Below are positions 25,291-40,403 of a stretch of DNA of 64,000 nucleotides, piece after piece. Below the pieces are notes generated by a model. It searched no databases. It saw only the letters and a program-made list of their open reading frames with translations, and was not told where the DNA came from. The DNA comes from Eledone cirrhosa (taxonomy: Eukaryota): NCBI GenBank assembly GCA_964016885.1, contig OZ024749.1:35836001-35900000 (forward strand), in the 5' to 3' direction. Both the position numbers and the translations under genes were made by a program. Positions within the stretch are counted from its first letter, which is position 1, and each line of letters opens with the position of its first letter.

Positions 25291-28200
25291 CAGTACATTA
25301 CTGACCACTGACCAAATAATTACTCCTTCACCCTGACCCTACAGCCACTTCTAATCCCCCATTTTACATCTACAGTACATTACTGACCACTGACCAAATA
25401 ATTACTCCTTTACTCTGACCCTTCAGCCACTTCTAATCCTCCATTTTACATCTACAGTACATTACTGACCACTGACCAAATAATTACTCCTTCACCCTGA
25501 CCCTTCAGCCACTTCTAATCCTCCATTTTACATCTACAGTACATTACTGACCACTGACCAAATAATTACTCCTTTACTCTGACCCTTCAGCCACTTCTAA
25601 TCCTCCATTTTACATCTACAGTACATTACTGACCACTGACCAAATAATTACTCCTTTACTCTGACCCTTCAGCCACTTCTAATCCTCCATTTTACATCTA
25701 CAGTACATTACTGACCACTGACCAAATAATTACTCCTTCACCCTGACCCTTCAGCCACTTCTAATCCTCCATTTTACATCTACAGTACATTACTGACCAC
25801 TGACCAAATAATTACTCCTTTACTCTGACCCTTCAGCCACTTCTAATCCTCCATTTTACATCTACAGTACATTACTGACCACTGACCAAATAATTACTCC
25901 TTCACCCTGACCCTTCAGCCACTTCTAATCCTCCATTTTACATCTACAGTACATTACTGACCACTGACCAAATAATTACTCCTTTACTCTGACCCTTCAG
26001 CCACTTCTAATCCCCCATTTTACACCTACAGTACATTACTGACCACTGACCAAATAATTACTCCTTCACTCTGACCCTTCAGCCACTTCTAATCCCCCAT
26101 TTTACACCTACAGTACATTACTGACCACTGACCAAATAATTACTCCTTTACTCTGACCCTACAGCCACTTCTAATCCCCCATTTTACACCTACAGTACAT
26201 TACTGACCACTGACCAAATAATTACTCCTTCACCCTGACCCTACAGCCACTTCTAATCCCCCATTTTACACCTAAAGTACATTACTGACCACTGACCAAA
26301 TAATTACTCCTTCACTCTGACCCTTCAGCCACTTCTAATCCCCCATTTTACACCTACAGTACATTACTGACCACTGACCAAATAATTACTCCTTCACTCT
26401 GACCCTACAGCCACTTCTAATCCCCCATTTTACATCTACAGTACATTACTGACCACTGACCAAATAATTACTCCTTCACTCTGACCCTACAGCCACTTCT
26501 AATCCCCCATTTTACATCTACAGTACATTACTGACCACTGACCAAATAATTACTCCTTCACTCTGACCCTACAGCCACTTCTAATCCTCCATTTTACACC
26601 TACAGTACATTACTGACCACTGACCAAATAATTACTCCTTCACTCTGACCCTTCAGCCACTTCTAGTCCCCCATTTTACACCTACAGTACATTACTGACC
26701 ACTGACCAAATAATTACTCCTTCACTCTGACCCTTCAGCCACTTCTAATCCTCCATTTTACATCTACAGTACATTACTGACCACTGACCAAATAATTACT
26801 CCTTCACTCTGACCCTACAGCCACTTCTAATCCCCCATTTTACATCTACAGTACATTACTGACCACTGACCAAATAATTACTCCTTCACTCTGACCCTAC
26901 AGCCACTTCTAATCCCCCATTTTACACCTACAGTACATTACTGACCACTGACCAAATAATTACTCCTTCACTCTGACCCTTCAGCCACTTCTAATCCCCC
27001 ATTTTACACCTACAGTACATTACTGACCACTGACCAAATAATTACTCCTTCACTCTGACACCTACAGCCACTTCTAATCCCCCATTTTACACCTACAGTA
27101 CATTACTGACCACTGACCAAATAATTACTCCTTCACTCTGACCCTACAGCCACTTCTAATCCCCCATTTTACACCTACAGTACATTACTGACCACTGACC
27201 AAATAATTACTCCTTCACTCTGACCCTACAGCCACTTCTAATCCTCCATTTTACACCTACAGTACATTACTGACCACTGACCAAATAATTACTCCTTCAC
27301 TCTGACCCTTCAGCCACTTCTAGTCCCCCATTTTACACCTACAGTACATTACTGACCACTGACCAAATAATTACTCCTTCACTCTGACCCTTCAGCCACT
27401 TCTAATCCTCCATTTTACATCTACAGTACATTACTGACCACTGACCAAATAATTACTCCTTCACCCTGACCCTACAGCCACTTCTAATCCCCATTTTACA
27501 CCTACAGTACATTACTGACCACTGACCAAATAATTACTCCTTCACTCTGACCCTACAGCCACTTCTAATCCCACATTTTACACCTACAGTACATTACTGA
27601 CCACTGACCAAATAATTACTCCTTCACTCTGACCCTACAGCCACTTCTAATCCCCCATTTTACACCTACAGTACATTACTGACCACTGACCAAATAATTA
27701 CTCCTTCACTCTGACCCTACAGCCACTTCTAATCCCCCATTTTACACCTACAGTACATTACTGACCACTGACCAAATAATTACTCCTTCACTCTGACCCT
27801 TCAGCCACTTCTAATCCCCCATTTTACACCTACAGTACATTACTGACCACTGACCAAATAATTACTCCTTCACCCTGACCCTACAGCCACTTCTAATCCC
27901 CCATTTTACACCTACAGTACATTACTGACCACTGACCAAATAATTACTCCTTCACCCTGACACTACAGCCACTTCTAATCCCCCATTTTACACCTACAGT
28001 ACATTACTGACCACTGACCAAATAATTACTCCTTCACCCTGACACTACAGCCACTTCTAATCCCCCATTTTACATCTACAGTACATTACTGACCACTGAC
28101 CAAATAATTACTCCTTCACCCTGACCCTACAGCCACTTCTAATCCCCCATTTTACATCTACAGTACATTACTGACCACTGACCAAATAATTACTCCTTCA

Positions 28201-31200
28201 CCCTGACACTACAGCCACTTCTAATCCCCCATTTTACATCTACAGTACATTACTGACCACTGACCAAATAATTACTCCTTCACCCTGACCCTACAGCCAC
28301 TTCTAATCCCCCATTTTACATCTACAGTACATTACTGACCACTGACCAAATAATTACTCCTTCACCCTGACACTACAGCCACTTCTAATCCCCCATTTTA
28401 CACCTACAGTACATTACTGACCACTGACCAAATAATTACTCCTTCACCCTGACACTACAGCCACTTCTAATCCCCCATTTTACATCTACAGTACATTACT
28501 GACCACTGACCAAATAATTACTCCTTCACCCTGACACTACAGCCACTTCTAATCCCCCATTTTACACCTACAGTACATTACTGACCACTGACCAAATAAT
28601 TACTCCTTCACCCTGACCCTACAGCCACTTCTAATCCCCCATTTTACATCTACAGTACATTACTGACCACTGACCAAATAATTACTCCTTCACCCTGACC
28701 CTACAGCCACTTCTAATCCCCCATTTTACACCTACAGTACATTACTGACCACTGACCAAATAATTACTCCTTCACCCTGACCCTACAGCCACTTCTAATC
28801 CTCCATTTTACACCTACAGTACATTACTGACCACTGACCAAATAATTACTCCTTCACCCTGACCCTACAGCCACTTCTAATCCCCCATTTTACACCTACA
28901 GTACATTACTGACCACTGACCAAATAATTACTCCTTCACCCTGACCCTACAGCCACTTCTAATCCCCCATTTTACACCTACAGTACATTACTGACCACTG
29001 ACCAAATAATTACTCCTTTACTCTGACCCTACAGCCACTTCTAATCCCCCATTTTACACCTACAGTACATTACTGACCACTGACCAAATAATTACTCCTT
29101 CACCCTGACCCTACAGCCACTTCTAATCCCCCATTTTACACCTACAGTACATTACTGACCACTGACCAAATAATTACTCCTTCACTCTGACCCTTCAGCC
29201 ACTTCTAATCCCCTATTTTACACCTACAGTACATTACTGACCACTGACCAAATAATTACTCCTTCACTCTGACCCTACAGCCACTTCTAATCCCCCATTT
29301 TACACCTACAGTACATTACTGACCACTGACCAAATAATTACTCCTTCACTCTGACCCTACAGCCACTTCTAATCCCCCATTTTACACCTACAGTACATTA
29401 CTGACCACTGACCAAATAATTACTCCTTCACTCTGACCCTTCAGCCACTTCTAATCCCCCATTTTACACCTACAGTACATTACTGACCACTGACCAAATA
29501 ATTACTCCTTCACCCTGACCCTACAGCCACTTCTAATCCCCCATTTTACACCTACAGTACATTACTGACCACTGACCAAATAATTACTCCTTCACTCTGA
29601 CCCTACAGCCACTTCTAATCCCCCATTTTACACCTACAGTACATTACTGACCACTGACCAAATAATTACTCCTTCACTCTGACCCTACAGCCACTTCTAA
29701 TCCCCCATTTTACACCTACAGTACATTACTGACCACTGACCAAATAATTACTCCTTCACTCTGACCCTACAGCCACTTCTAATCCTCCATTTACACCTAC
29801 AGTACATTACTGACCACTGACCAAATAATTACTCCTTCACTCTGACCCTACAGCCACTTCTAATCCCCCATTTTACACCTACAGTACATTACTGACCACT
29901 GACCAAATAATTACTCCTTCACCCTGACACTACAGCCACTTCTAATCCCCCATTTTACACCTACAGTACATTACTGACCACTGACCAAATAATTACTCCT
30001 TCACCCTGACCCTACAGCCACTTCTAATCCCCCATTTTACACCTACAGTACATTACTGACCACTGACCAAATAATTACTCCTTCACTCTGACCCTACAGC
30101 CACTTCTAATCCCCCATTTTACACCTACAGTACATTACTGACCACTGACCAAATAATTACTCCTTCACTCTGACCCTACAGCCACTTCTAATCCTCCATT
30201 TACACCTACAGTACATTACTGACCACTGACCAAATAATTACTCCTTCACTCTGACCCTACAGCCACTTCTAATCCCCCATTTTACACCTACAGTACATTA
30301 CTGACCACTGACCAAATAATTACTCCTTCACCCTGACACTACAGCCACTTCTAATCCCCCATTTTACACCTACAGTACATTACTGACCACTGACCAAATA
30401 ATTACTCCTTCACCCTGACCCTACAGCCACTTCTAATCCCCCATTTTACACCTACAGTACATTACTGACCACTGACCAAATAATTACTCCTTCACTCTGA
30501 CCCTACAGCCACTTCTAATCCCCCATTTTACACCTACAGTACATTACTGACCACTGACCAAATAATTACTCCTTCACTCTGACCCTACAGCCACTTCTAA
30601 TCCCCCATTTTACACCTACAGTACATTACTGACCACTGACCAAATAATTACTCCTTCACTCTGACCCTACAGCCACTTCTAATCCCCCATTTTACACCTA
30701 CAGTACATTACTGACCACTGACCAAATAATTACTCCTTCACTCTGACCCTACAGCCACTTCTAATCCCCCATTTTACACCTACAGTACATTACTGACCAC
30801 TGACCAAATAATTACTCCTTCACTCTGACCCTACAGCCACTTCTAATCCCCCATTTTACACCTACAGTACATTACTGACCACTGACCAAATAATTACTCC
30901 TTCACTCTGACCCTACAGCCACTTCTAATCCCCCATTTTACACCTACAGTACATTACTGACCACTGACCAAATAATTACTCCTTCACTCTGACCCTACAG
31001 CCACTTCTAATCCCCCATTTTACACCTACAGTACATTACTGACCACTGACCAAATAATTACTCCTTCACTCTGACCCTACAGCCACTTCTAATCCCCCAT
31101 TTTACACCTACAGTACATTACTGACCACTGACCAAATAATTACTCCTTCACTCTGACCCTACAGCCACTTCTAATCCCCCATTTTACACCTACAGTACAT

Positions 31201-32040
31201 TACTGACCACTGACCAAATAATTACTCCTTCACTCTGACCCTACAGCCACTTCTAATCCCCCATTTTACACCTACAGTACATTACTGACCACTGACCAAA
31301 TAATTACTCCTTCACTCTGACCCTACAGCCACTTCTAATCCTCCATTTACACCTACAGTACATTACTGACCACTGACCAAATAATTACTCCTTCACTCTG
31401 ACCCTACAGCCACTTCTAATCCCCCATTTTACACCTACAGTACATTACTGACCACTGACCAAATAATTACTCCTTCACCCTGACCCTACAGCCACTTCTA
31501 ATCCCCCATTTTACACCTACAGTACATTACTGACCACTGACCAAATAATTACTCCTTCACTCTGACCCTACAGCCACTTCTAATCCCCCATTTTACACCT
31601 ACAGTACATTACTGACCACTGACCAAATAATTACTCCTTCACCCTGACCCTACAGCCACTTCTAATCCATTATTTTACACCTACAGTACATTACTGACCA
31701 CTGACCAAATAATTACTCCTTCACCCTGACCCTACAGCCACTTCTAATCCCCCATTTTACACCTACAGTACATTACTGACCACTGACCAAACAATTACTC
31801 CTTCACCCTGACCCTACAGCCACTTCTAATCCTCCATTTTACATCTACAGTACATTACTGACCACTGACCAAACAATTACTCCTTCACCCTGACCCTACA
31901 GCCACTTCTAATCCCCCATTTTACACCTACAGTACATTACTGACCACTGACCAAATAATTACTCCTTCACTCTGACCCTTCAGCCACTTCTAATCCCCCA
32001 TTTTACACCTACAGTACATTACTGACCACTGACCAAACAA
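25291..32040. repeat. 82-bp satellite, about 82 copies
   Basis: CAGTACATTACTGACCACTGACCAAATAATTACTCC... recurs at 25291, 25373, 25455 and onward. Very homogeneous, with variation at a few fixed positions. Confidence 0.98.
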
Positions 32041-32655
32041 CCGGTTGCCTTCTAGACTTCAGGTGTCCTCGAATCCCATACAGCAGACCTCCTCTGTAAA
32101 ATTGGAATGACAGCAACTCATTCGAGGGAGGAACCCCTCAAGGTATGGTGGCTGTTGCAGCAGGTGTCACTGGCCATTGTCTGCAGAAATGCTTTAGCCA
32201 TTTTGTTTGTGGGACACAGTTGAAACATTGGTATGACCTAGGTGTAGAGACTGTCATTTTCTTTCTTTTGTTGCCTGATGATCCTTGCTCTTTCCTTCCT
32301 TTTCCACTCATTTATGGCATATATAGTCATTACACCTTCACCTTAACCTTACAGCCACTTCTAATCCCCCATTTTACAATGACAGTACATTACTGACCAC
32401 AGACCAAACAATTACACCTAATTAATCCTGCAGCCACTTTTAATCTCCCATTTTACATTTACAGAAAAAACCAACCCTAATGTAATCCTCAGAGAGATTC
32501 AGCATGGCACAGTGTTAGACAATATTTCCCCCTCTGAATTTCATATATAATACAGGAGGCACATGGCTTAGTGGTTAGAGCATTGCACTTGCAATCGAAA
32601 GGTTGTGAGTAACTGCTGTAACTGGCTGCTCATACTTGAGATATTGTTCTCAAAA

Positions 32656-32878
32656 TAAATCATATCAAATAATTGTTTCTTCTTTTGGCACAAGGCCAGA
32701 AATTACCCAGTGCATTACTGGTACTTTATTTTATCGACCCCCTAAGGATGAAAGGCAAATTTAACCTCAGCGAGATTTGAACTCAGATCATAAAGGGCCG
32801 TAACTCTTTGCTACAAAGTATGGCATCCGACCCTCTACCGATACTGCCAATCCACTGCGCTAAATCATATCAAATAAT
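32656..32878 (-). mobile_element. SINE A with 18-bp TSD, nested in a TTAA MITE remnant (about 32610-32979)
   Basis: TAAATCATATCAAATAAT at 32656-32673 and 32861-32878. The flanks rejoin to MITE1 sequence ending TAAATGCTAAAGGGTTAA. Confidence 0.9.
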
Positions 32879-33021
32879 ATCTTATAGTTTGATATTATGT
32901 GAGATAATTATGTGAAGTAAAGCCTTTACTATGAAAATACTATAGCATATATAGAGTAATGTAAATGCTAAAGGGTTAAACCTAACCAGTAAGCCACTCA
33001 TCTTCCCACACCAGTTATATC

Positions 33022-33128
33022 ATTATTAATTCTATTTTTACGGGGTCGATAAAATAAAGTACCAGTAATGCACTGGGTAATTTGCTGGCCTTGTGCCTAA
33101 AGTAGAAACAATTATTAATTCTATTTTT
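33022..33128 (+). mobile_element. 5'-truncated SINE A with 18-bp TSD
   Basis: ATTATTAATTCTATTTTT at 33022-33039 and 33111-33128. Confidence 0.9.
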
Positions 33129-33194
33129 GTTTCTCTCTTCATAATTTAACCAAACATATTTATTTCTGATAACAAAGTGTACTGAGTAAGTCTA

Positions 33195-33667
33195 GATGTG
33201 TGTGAATGTGTGTGTGTGGCTGTGTGTGTGTATGTATGTGGTGACTGTGGATGTGTGTGTATGTGTGTGTGGTGACTGTGTGTATGTGATGACTGTTTGT
33301 GTGTGGTGACTGTGTGTATATGTGTGTGTGTGTGTGTGTATGTGTGTGGATATGTGTGTGTGTATGTGTGTGTGTATGTGTGTGTGTATGTGTGTGTATG
33401 TGTATGTGTGTATGTGTGTGTGTATGTGTGTGTATGTGTATGTGTGTGCCTGTGTATGTGTGTGTGAGTATGTGTGTGGCTGTGTGTGTGTGTGTATGTG
33501 TGTGTATATGTGTATGTGTGTGTGTGTGCGTGTGTGTGTACTCCATGTCTAGTAAAGAGCCTGATATGATGCTGTCTACTATAATCAATATAGTCAGACA
33601 CTAATTCCTCACTAGATACCAATATATAATATATACACACACACTGACACATACTAACACACACATG

Positions 33668-33698
<31 letters not shown>

Positions 33699-35018
33699 AT
33701 ACACACATCAACACACACACACCAACACACACACACCGAAACATGCACACATGCAGATGCACACGCTTACGCACACTAACACACAAACACACACACAACA
33801 ACACACTGACACACACACATATCAACACACACACACACAAACACCAAATGAAACATGCACACACACACACAGACACACCGATACACACACACAAACACAC
33901 ACACAGACACTGATACACACACACACACCAACACAAACACACACACACACAGACGCACACACACCAATACACACACAGACACACTGATACACACACACAC
34001 CCCAACACAAACACACACACACACAGATACACACACACACACAGACACACCGATACACACACAGATACACACACACACATATTTATTCTAATATTTAACT
34101 TATAAAGACATTAGCTAATTTTTCTGACATAGACCATCTTTATTGGTCATTTGGGACTTGACTAGGACATACAGACAGACACACACACACCAACAGACAG
34201 ACACACACTCTGACACACACATACACCAACATACAGACATACACACACTCCCACACACACATACACCAACATACAGACATACACACACCCCCACACACAC
34301 ATACATCAACATACAGACATACACACACTCCCACAAACACATACATCAACACTCACACCAACACACACTCCCAAACACATACACACACTCCCACACACAC
34401 ATACACACACTCCCACACACATATACATCAACATACAGACATACACACACTCCCACACACATATACACACACTCCCACACACACATACATCAACATACAG
34501 ACATACACACACTCCCACACACTACATACATCAACACTTACACCAACACACACTCCCACACACATACACCAACACACACTCCAACACACACATACACCAA
34601 CACGCACTCCCACACACACTCCAACACACAGACATACACACACTCCCACACGCAGACACACACACACACACCAACACACACACCAACACACACTCCCACA
34701 CACATACACCAACACACAGACATACACACACACCAACACCAACACACACACCAACACACACACCAACACCAACACACACACCAACACACACACCAACACA
34801 CACACCAACACACACACCAACACACACACCAACACACCAACACACACACCAACACACACACACACACACACCAACACACACACCAACACACCAACACACA
34901 CACCAACACACACACCAACACACCAACACACACACCAACACACACACCAACACACACACCAACACACACACACACACACCAACACACACACCAACACACA
35001 CACATACACACACACCCA
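33195..35018. repeat. (TG)n/(CA)n compound microsatellite fields
   Basis: Directly visible. Confidence 0.92.
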
Positions 35019-35049
35019 AAAACTTCTCTGGATATTCATCAACACTTCA

Positions 35050-37320
35050 TATACAGAATAACATCTACATACATACACACATTATATATAGATGCACTTG
35101 AATACATTTAAATACGCACAAAAAAATATAGTCATCTCACACATACATAGTGACAGACAGATTAACATCTACATACATACACACAGTATATATAGATGCA
35201 CTTGAATACATTTACATACGCACAAAAAAAATATAGTCATCTCACACATACATAGTGACAGACAGATTAACATCTACATACATACACACAGTATATATAG
35301 ATGCACGTGTATACATATATACACACAAAATATATATAGTCATTTCACATATACATAGTGACAGACAGATTAACATCTACATACATACACACAGTATATA
35401 TAGATGCACGTGTATACATATATACACACAAAATATATATAGTCATCTCATATACATAGTGACAGACAGACTGACATCTACATACATACACACAGTATAT
35501 ATAGATGCATGTGTATACATATACACACAAGATATATATAGTCATCTCACATATACATAGTGACAGATAGACTGACATCTACATACATACACACAGTATA
35601 TATAGATGCATGTGTATACATATATACACACAAAATATATATAGTCATCTCACATATACATAGTGACAGACAGATTAACATCTACATACATACACACAGT
35701 ATATATAGATGCACGTGTATACATATATACACACAAAATATATATAGTCTTCTCACATATATAGTGACAGACAGATTAACATCTACATACATACACACAG
35801 TATATATAGATGCACGTGTATACATATATACACACAAGATATATATAGTCATCTCACATATACATAGTGACAGACAGACTGACATCTACATACACACACA
35901 CAGTATATATAGATGCATGTGTATACATATATACACACAAAATATATATAGTCATCTCACACATACATAGTGACAGACAGACTGACATCTACATACATAC
36001 ACACAGTATATATAGATGCACGTGTATACATATATACACACAAGGTATATATAGTCATCTCACATATACATAGTGACAGACAGATTAACATCTACATACA
36101 TACACACATTATATATAGAAGCATGTGTATACATATATACACACAAAATATATATAGTCATCTCACATATACATATGTACAGACAGACTAACATCTACAT
36201 ACATACACACAGTATATATAGATGCACGTGTATACATATATACACACAAGGTATATATAGTCATCTCACACATACATAGTGACAGACAGATTAACATCTA
36301 CATACATACACACAGTATATATAGATGCACGTGTATACATATATACACACAAGATATATATAGTCATTTCACATACATAGTGACAGACAGACTGACATCT
36401 ACATACACACACACAGTATATATAGATGCACGTGTATACATATATACACACAAAATATATATAGTCATCTCACATACATAGTGACAGACAGACTGACATC
36501 TACATACATACACACAGTATATATAGATGCACGTGTATACATATATACACACAAGATATATATAGTCATCTCACATATACATAGTGACAGACAGACTGAC
36601 ATCTACATACACACACACAGTATATATAGATGCACGTGTATACATATATACACACAAGATATATATAGTCATCTCACATATATAGTGACAGACAGACTGA
36701 CATCTACATACACACACACAGTATATATAGATGCACGTGTATACATATATACACACAAAATATATATAGTCATCTCACATACATAGTGACAGACAGATTA
36801 ACATCTACATACATACACACAGTATATATAGATGCACGTGTATACATATATACACACAAAATATATAGTCATCTCATATACATATGTACAGACAGATTAA
36901 CATCTACATACATACACACAGTATATATAGATGCACGTGTATACATATATACACACAAAATATATAGTCATCTCATATACATATGTACAGACAGATTAAC
37001 ATCTACATACATACACACAGTATATATAGATACACGTGTATACACATATACACACAAGATATATATAGTCATCTCACATATACATAGTGACAGACAGATT
37101 AACATCTACATACATACACACAGTATATATAGATGCACGTGTATACATATATACACACAAGGTATATATTGTCATCTCACACATACATAGTGACAGACAG
37201 ACTGACATCTACATACACACACACAGTATATATAGATGCACGTGTATACATATATACACACAAAATATATATAGTCATCTTATATACATAGTGACAGACA
37301 GACTGACATCTACACACATA
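35050..37320. repeat. About 103-bp minisatellite, about 22 copies
   Basis: Unit GTCATCTCACATATACATAGTGACAGACAG...ATGCACGTGTATAC... Confidence 0.95.
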
Positions 37321-37398
37321 CAGAATATAAAGTTGTATATGTATACACATACACACACAAATATTTATAGTTACATACAAACATGAATACAGACAGCC

Positions 37399-37617
37399 AA
37401 ACAATATTTCATATAGGTGGTGGATTGGCAGTATCGGTAGAGGGTCTGACGCCAGGCTTTGCAGCAAAGAGTTACGGCCCTTTATGGTCTGAGTTCAAAT
37501 CCCACCGAGGTTAACTTTGCCTTTCATCCTTACAGGGTTGATAAAATAAAGTACCAGTAATACACTGGGATAATTGCTGGCCTTGTACCAAAAGTAGAAA
37601 CAATATTTCATATAGGT
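37399..37617 (+). mobile_element. SINE A with 20-bp TSD
   Basis: AAACAATATTTCATATAGGT at 37399-37418 and 37598-37617. Confidence 0.9.
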
Positions 37618-37830
37618 ATCATCATCATCATCATCATCAACGTTTAACGTCCGTGTTCCACGCTTGCATGGGTTTGGACGGGGGTTTTCCCACTTGAGGC
37701 AAGAGTGTTTGTCTTGCTCGCATAGGACTATCTGGCGGGTTTTCTACAGCTGGATGCTCTTCCTAACACCAACCACATTTACAGTGTGGGGCTGGGAGGT
37801 TTTTACCATGTTGCCTACACGACCACATTA
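37617..37830 (-). mobile_element. RTE-tail-bearing short repeat
   Basis: GGTTGGTGTTAGGAAGAGCATCCAGCTGTAGAAA module and (ATG)n tail on the minus strand. Related pieces at 17340-17540, 51220-51316, 60180-60460 and 63920-64000. Confidence 0.7.
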
Positions 37831-37910
37831 CAGCGTGGACTGTGTGTTTTTTCATATTTACACAATGGTACATATCTAAATTGTAAAATTGTAAAATTAA
37901 ATTATAGATT

Positions 37911-38170
37911 AACCCAGGTTCTGCTGCATGTCGGGCTGAGGAGGCTAAACTCCTCAAATACTGGTCGCTCTCCGACAGGTTTGCGGTTGTACCCCTGGCA
38001 GTGGAGACTTCTGGTGTCCTTGGCCCTAGGGCTACCTCCCTACTCACTACCATAGGCGCTGAGCTGGCCAGCCGCAGGTGTGAGCCCCGTGAGTTGGAGT
38101 GGCTTTTCCAGCGCGTCTCCCTTGCCGTCCTCCGGGGAAACGCCTTCTCCATTCTGACCGCCGGGGCTGT
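37911..38170 (+). mobile_element. CRE/NeSL-type non-LTR retrotransposon, restriction-like endonuclease C-terminus
   Basis: Open frame NPGSAACRAEEAKLLKYWSLSDRFAVVPLAVETSGVLGPRA...LFQRVSLAVLRGNAFSIL matches the K..KY...F.P.A.ET.G...QR.S.A..RGNA pattern. GC- and CpG-rich. Confidence 0.8.
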
Positions 38171-38332
38171 GTGTGTGGGGGGGGGGGGCATCATGTATCA
38201 TTCCATATTTAATTATGGTCGGTATGTGTATGTTTGTTTTGGATGTTGACGAAGACGTAATTGAGTTAATGAAGACATTATTTATTTAATTAGTTTTTAG
38301 TGTAGTCAGTCTTTTCCTTTTTTCAAAAGATT

Positions 38333-38655
38333 GTGGGTAAAGTGTGGGTAAAATAATTATAGTGGGTAAAATGGTAGGTAAAATAATTATTGTGGGTAAA
38401 CTGGTGGGTAAAACGATTATTGTGGGTAAAATGATGGGTAAAGTGGTAAGTAAAATAAATATTGTGGGTAAAATGGTGGGTAAAGTGGTGGGTAAAATGA
38501 TTTTTGGGGGTAAGTTGTGGGTAAAATGATTATTGTGGGTAAAATGGTGGGTAAAATGATTAATATGGGTAAAGTGGTAGGTAAAATAATAATATTGGGT
38601 AAAATTGTAGGTAAAATAATGATAATGGGTAAAATGGTAGGTAAGTGGTGGGTGA
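38333..38655. repeat. GTGGGTAAAATG-based minisatellite
   Basis: Directly visible 12-30-bp units. Confidence 0.85.
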
Positions 38656-38959
38656 AATCAAGAAAGGGAGAAAGAAGGTAGGAAATGGAGTAAAGCGGGG
38701 TAGGGAAAGAATGGGTTGGAAGAGGCAGAAATGGAAGAAGGGGAGGAAAAACATCAAGGGAAGGAAGGATGGAAAAGAGGAGGGAAGACAGCAGGTTAAA
38801 GAAATAGGGAGAGGTTAAAAAATGTGGGAAAGTAGGGAAGAGGGGTAAAGAGGGGTAAAGAGGGATACGAAGTGTGAAAGTGTGGGAAAGAGGCGGAAAA
38901 GGGTGTAATGAGGAAGAATCAACACCACGAGGTCAAACACAAGAGGTCAAACACAAGAC

Positions 38960-39860
38960 AGTGATGTGTTTCTTTCACAAGAAATTTGAAGCAAAAGATA
39001 CCAAGTAACCATGTAACTTCAATAGCTCCTCATCATCGACTCCGGGAGAAACTCAAGGACCTGCCACCAATAAACACCCTGGTGGTCGGCAAACGTGATC
39101 AACTGTCCTGTATGTCTATGATCAGATCTCCAGTCAGATTCTTAATCGACACAGAAGTAGAAGTCGGTGTCATCCCGGCATCTGTAAACCACCTCCGATA
39201 TAGAGAGGGGAGTCAGTGGCAGCTGCCAATGATTCTACAATCAAAGCTTACAGATACCTTACTCTCTGATGCCCATCAGCCTATCATTGGAGCAGACTTC
39301 CTTCGGGCTCACTCACTGCTGGTCGATAATCAGGGGGGGGGGGGGGGGACTCGTCAATAGCAGTAAGTATGCCTCTGTTTCTCTGGCAACATCTGCATGT
39401 GTGACTTTTCATATATCAAACGTCTCTGAGACCAAGAACGAGTTCTCGAAATTCCTTTTGAATTACCTGTAACTCATTATCATGACATCTCCCAATCCAC
39501 AACTCACCACAGAGTAAAGCACTACATTCCAACCACCAGTTCTCCAGTACGCAACCGTGTATGTCGTCTACCACCAGTCAAATTTGCTATTGTGAAGATC
39601 AAATTTGACAATATGGAAGCTTTGGACATCGTTCATCGATCAAACCGTCCCTGGTCTTCACCTCTACACGAAGCGTCAAAACCCAATGTAGCTTGGCGAC
39701 CCAGCAGGGATTATCGCCGTCTTAACAAAAGTACCTCACCCTACTGCTACTCCATTCTATATATATACAAGGCTTCTCGGTTCAGTTAGCAGCGTGCTCG
39801 ATTTTCTCCAAAATCTATCTCAACCGAGGTTATCATCAATTACCTGTACTAGATGATAAC
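38960..39860 (+). mobile_element. Ty3/Gypsy gag-pol remnant (gag end, protease, start of RT)
   Basis: RFLIDTEVEVGVIP, IIGADFLRAHSLLVD, PWSSPLH...WRPSRDYRRLN, FSKI.LNRGYHQLPV. Multiple frameshifts. Confidence 0.88.
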
Positions 39861-40403
39861 ATGTAAATACAATTCAATACAAAAAGAAAAAAGAAAATTT
39901 AGATTGAGAAGAAAGAATGGAATGTAAAATAAGAAAATATTTTTTAAAAAAACGGAAAAAGAAAGATATAGCAAGGGCTCTAGTATATATAAGTAGTATT
40001 TTGATAGAGACAATAAAATATAGTTTAGTCAGCAATGTTAGTTAAAAATAGTTGTTCTGGTTTAGTGAGTTGTGGAATGGTTCTTATAATAATCATAGTC
40101 ATAAAGAATCAATAATGGAATGGTTTTTTTGTTAGAATTATAGTCATGAGAAATCAATAGTTCATTAAATTAGAATTAGTTTTTAGCAATAACTCTGCCC
40201 AGATATTCAAATTTTTGTTTATTATGTTTATTATGTTTATAGATTATGTTTATTAACACTAACTGACAAACATGTTGAATATAGATATTTTATGTCTTCT
40301 ATAGTAAGAATGTTTTATGGTTCCGAGTTGTTAATTTGATTTTGATAAAACGTTGTCTGCCAGTGATATATATATATATACATACATACATACATACATA
40401 CAT

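Noticed and set aside
25291-32040. CRISPR-like array
   Set aside because: Units are contiguous near-identical monomers with no unique spacers and no cas genes; the context is eukaryotic.
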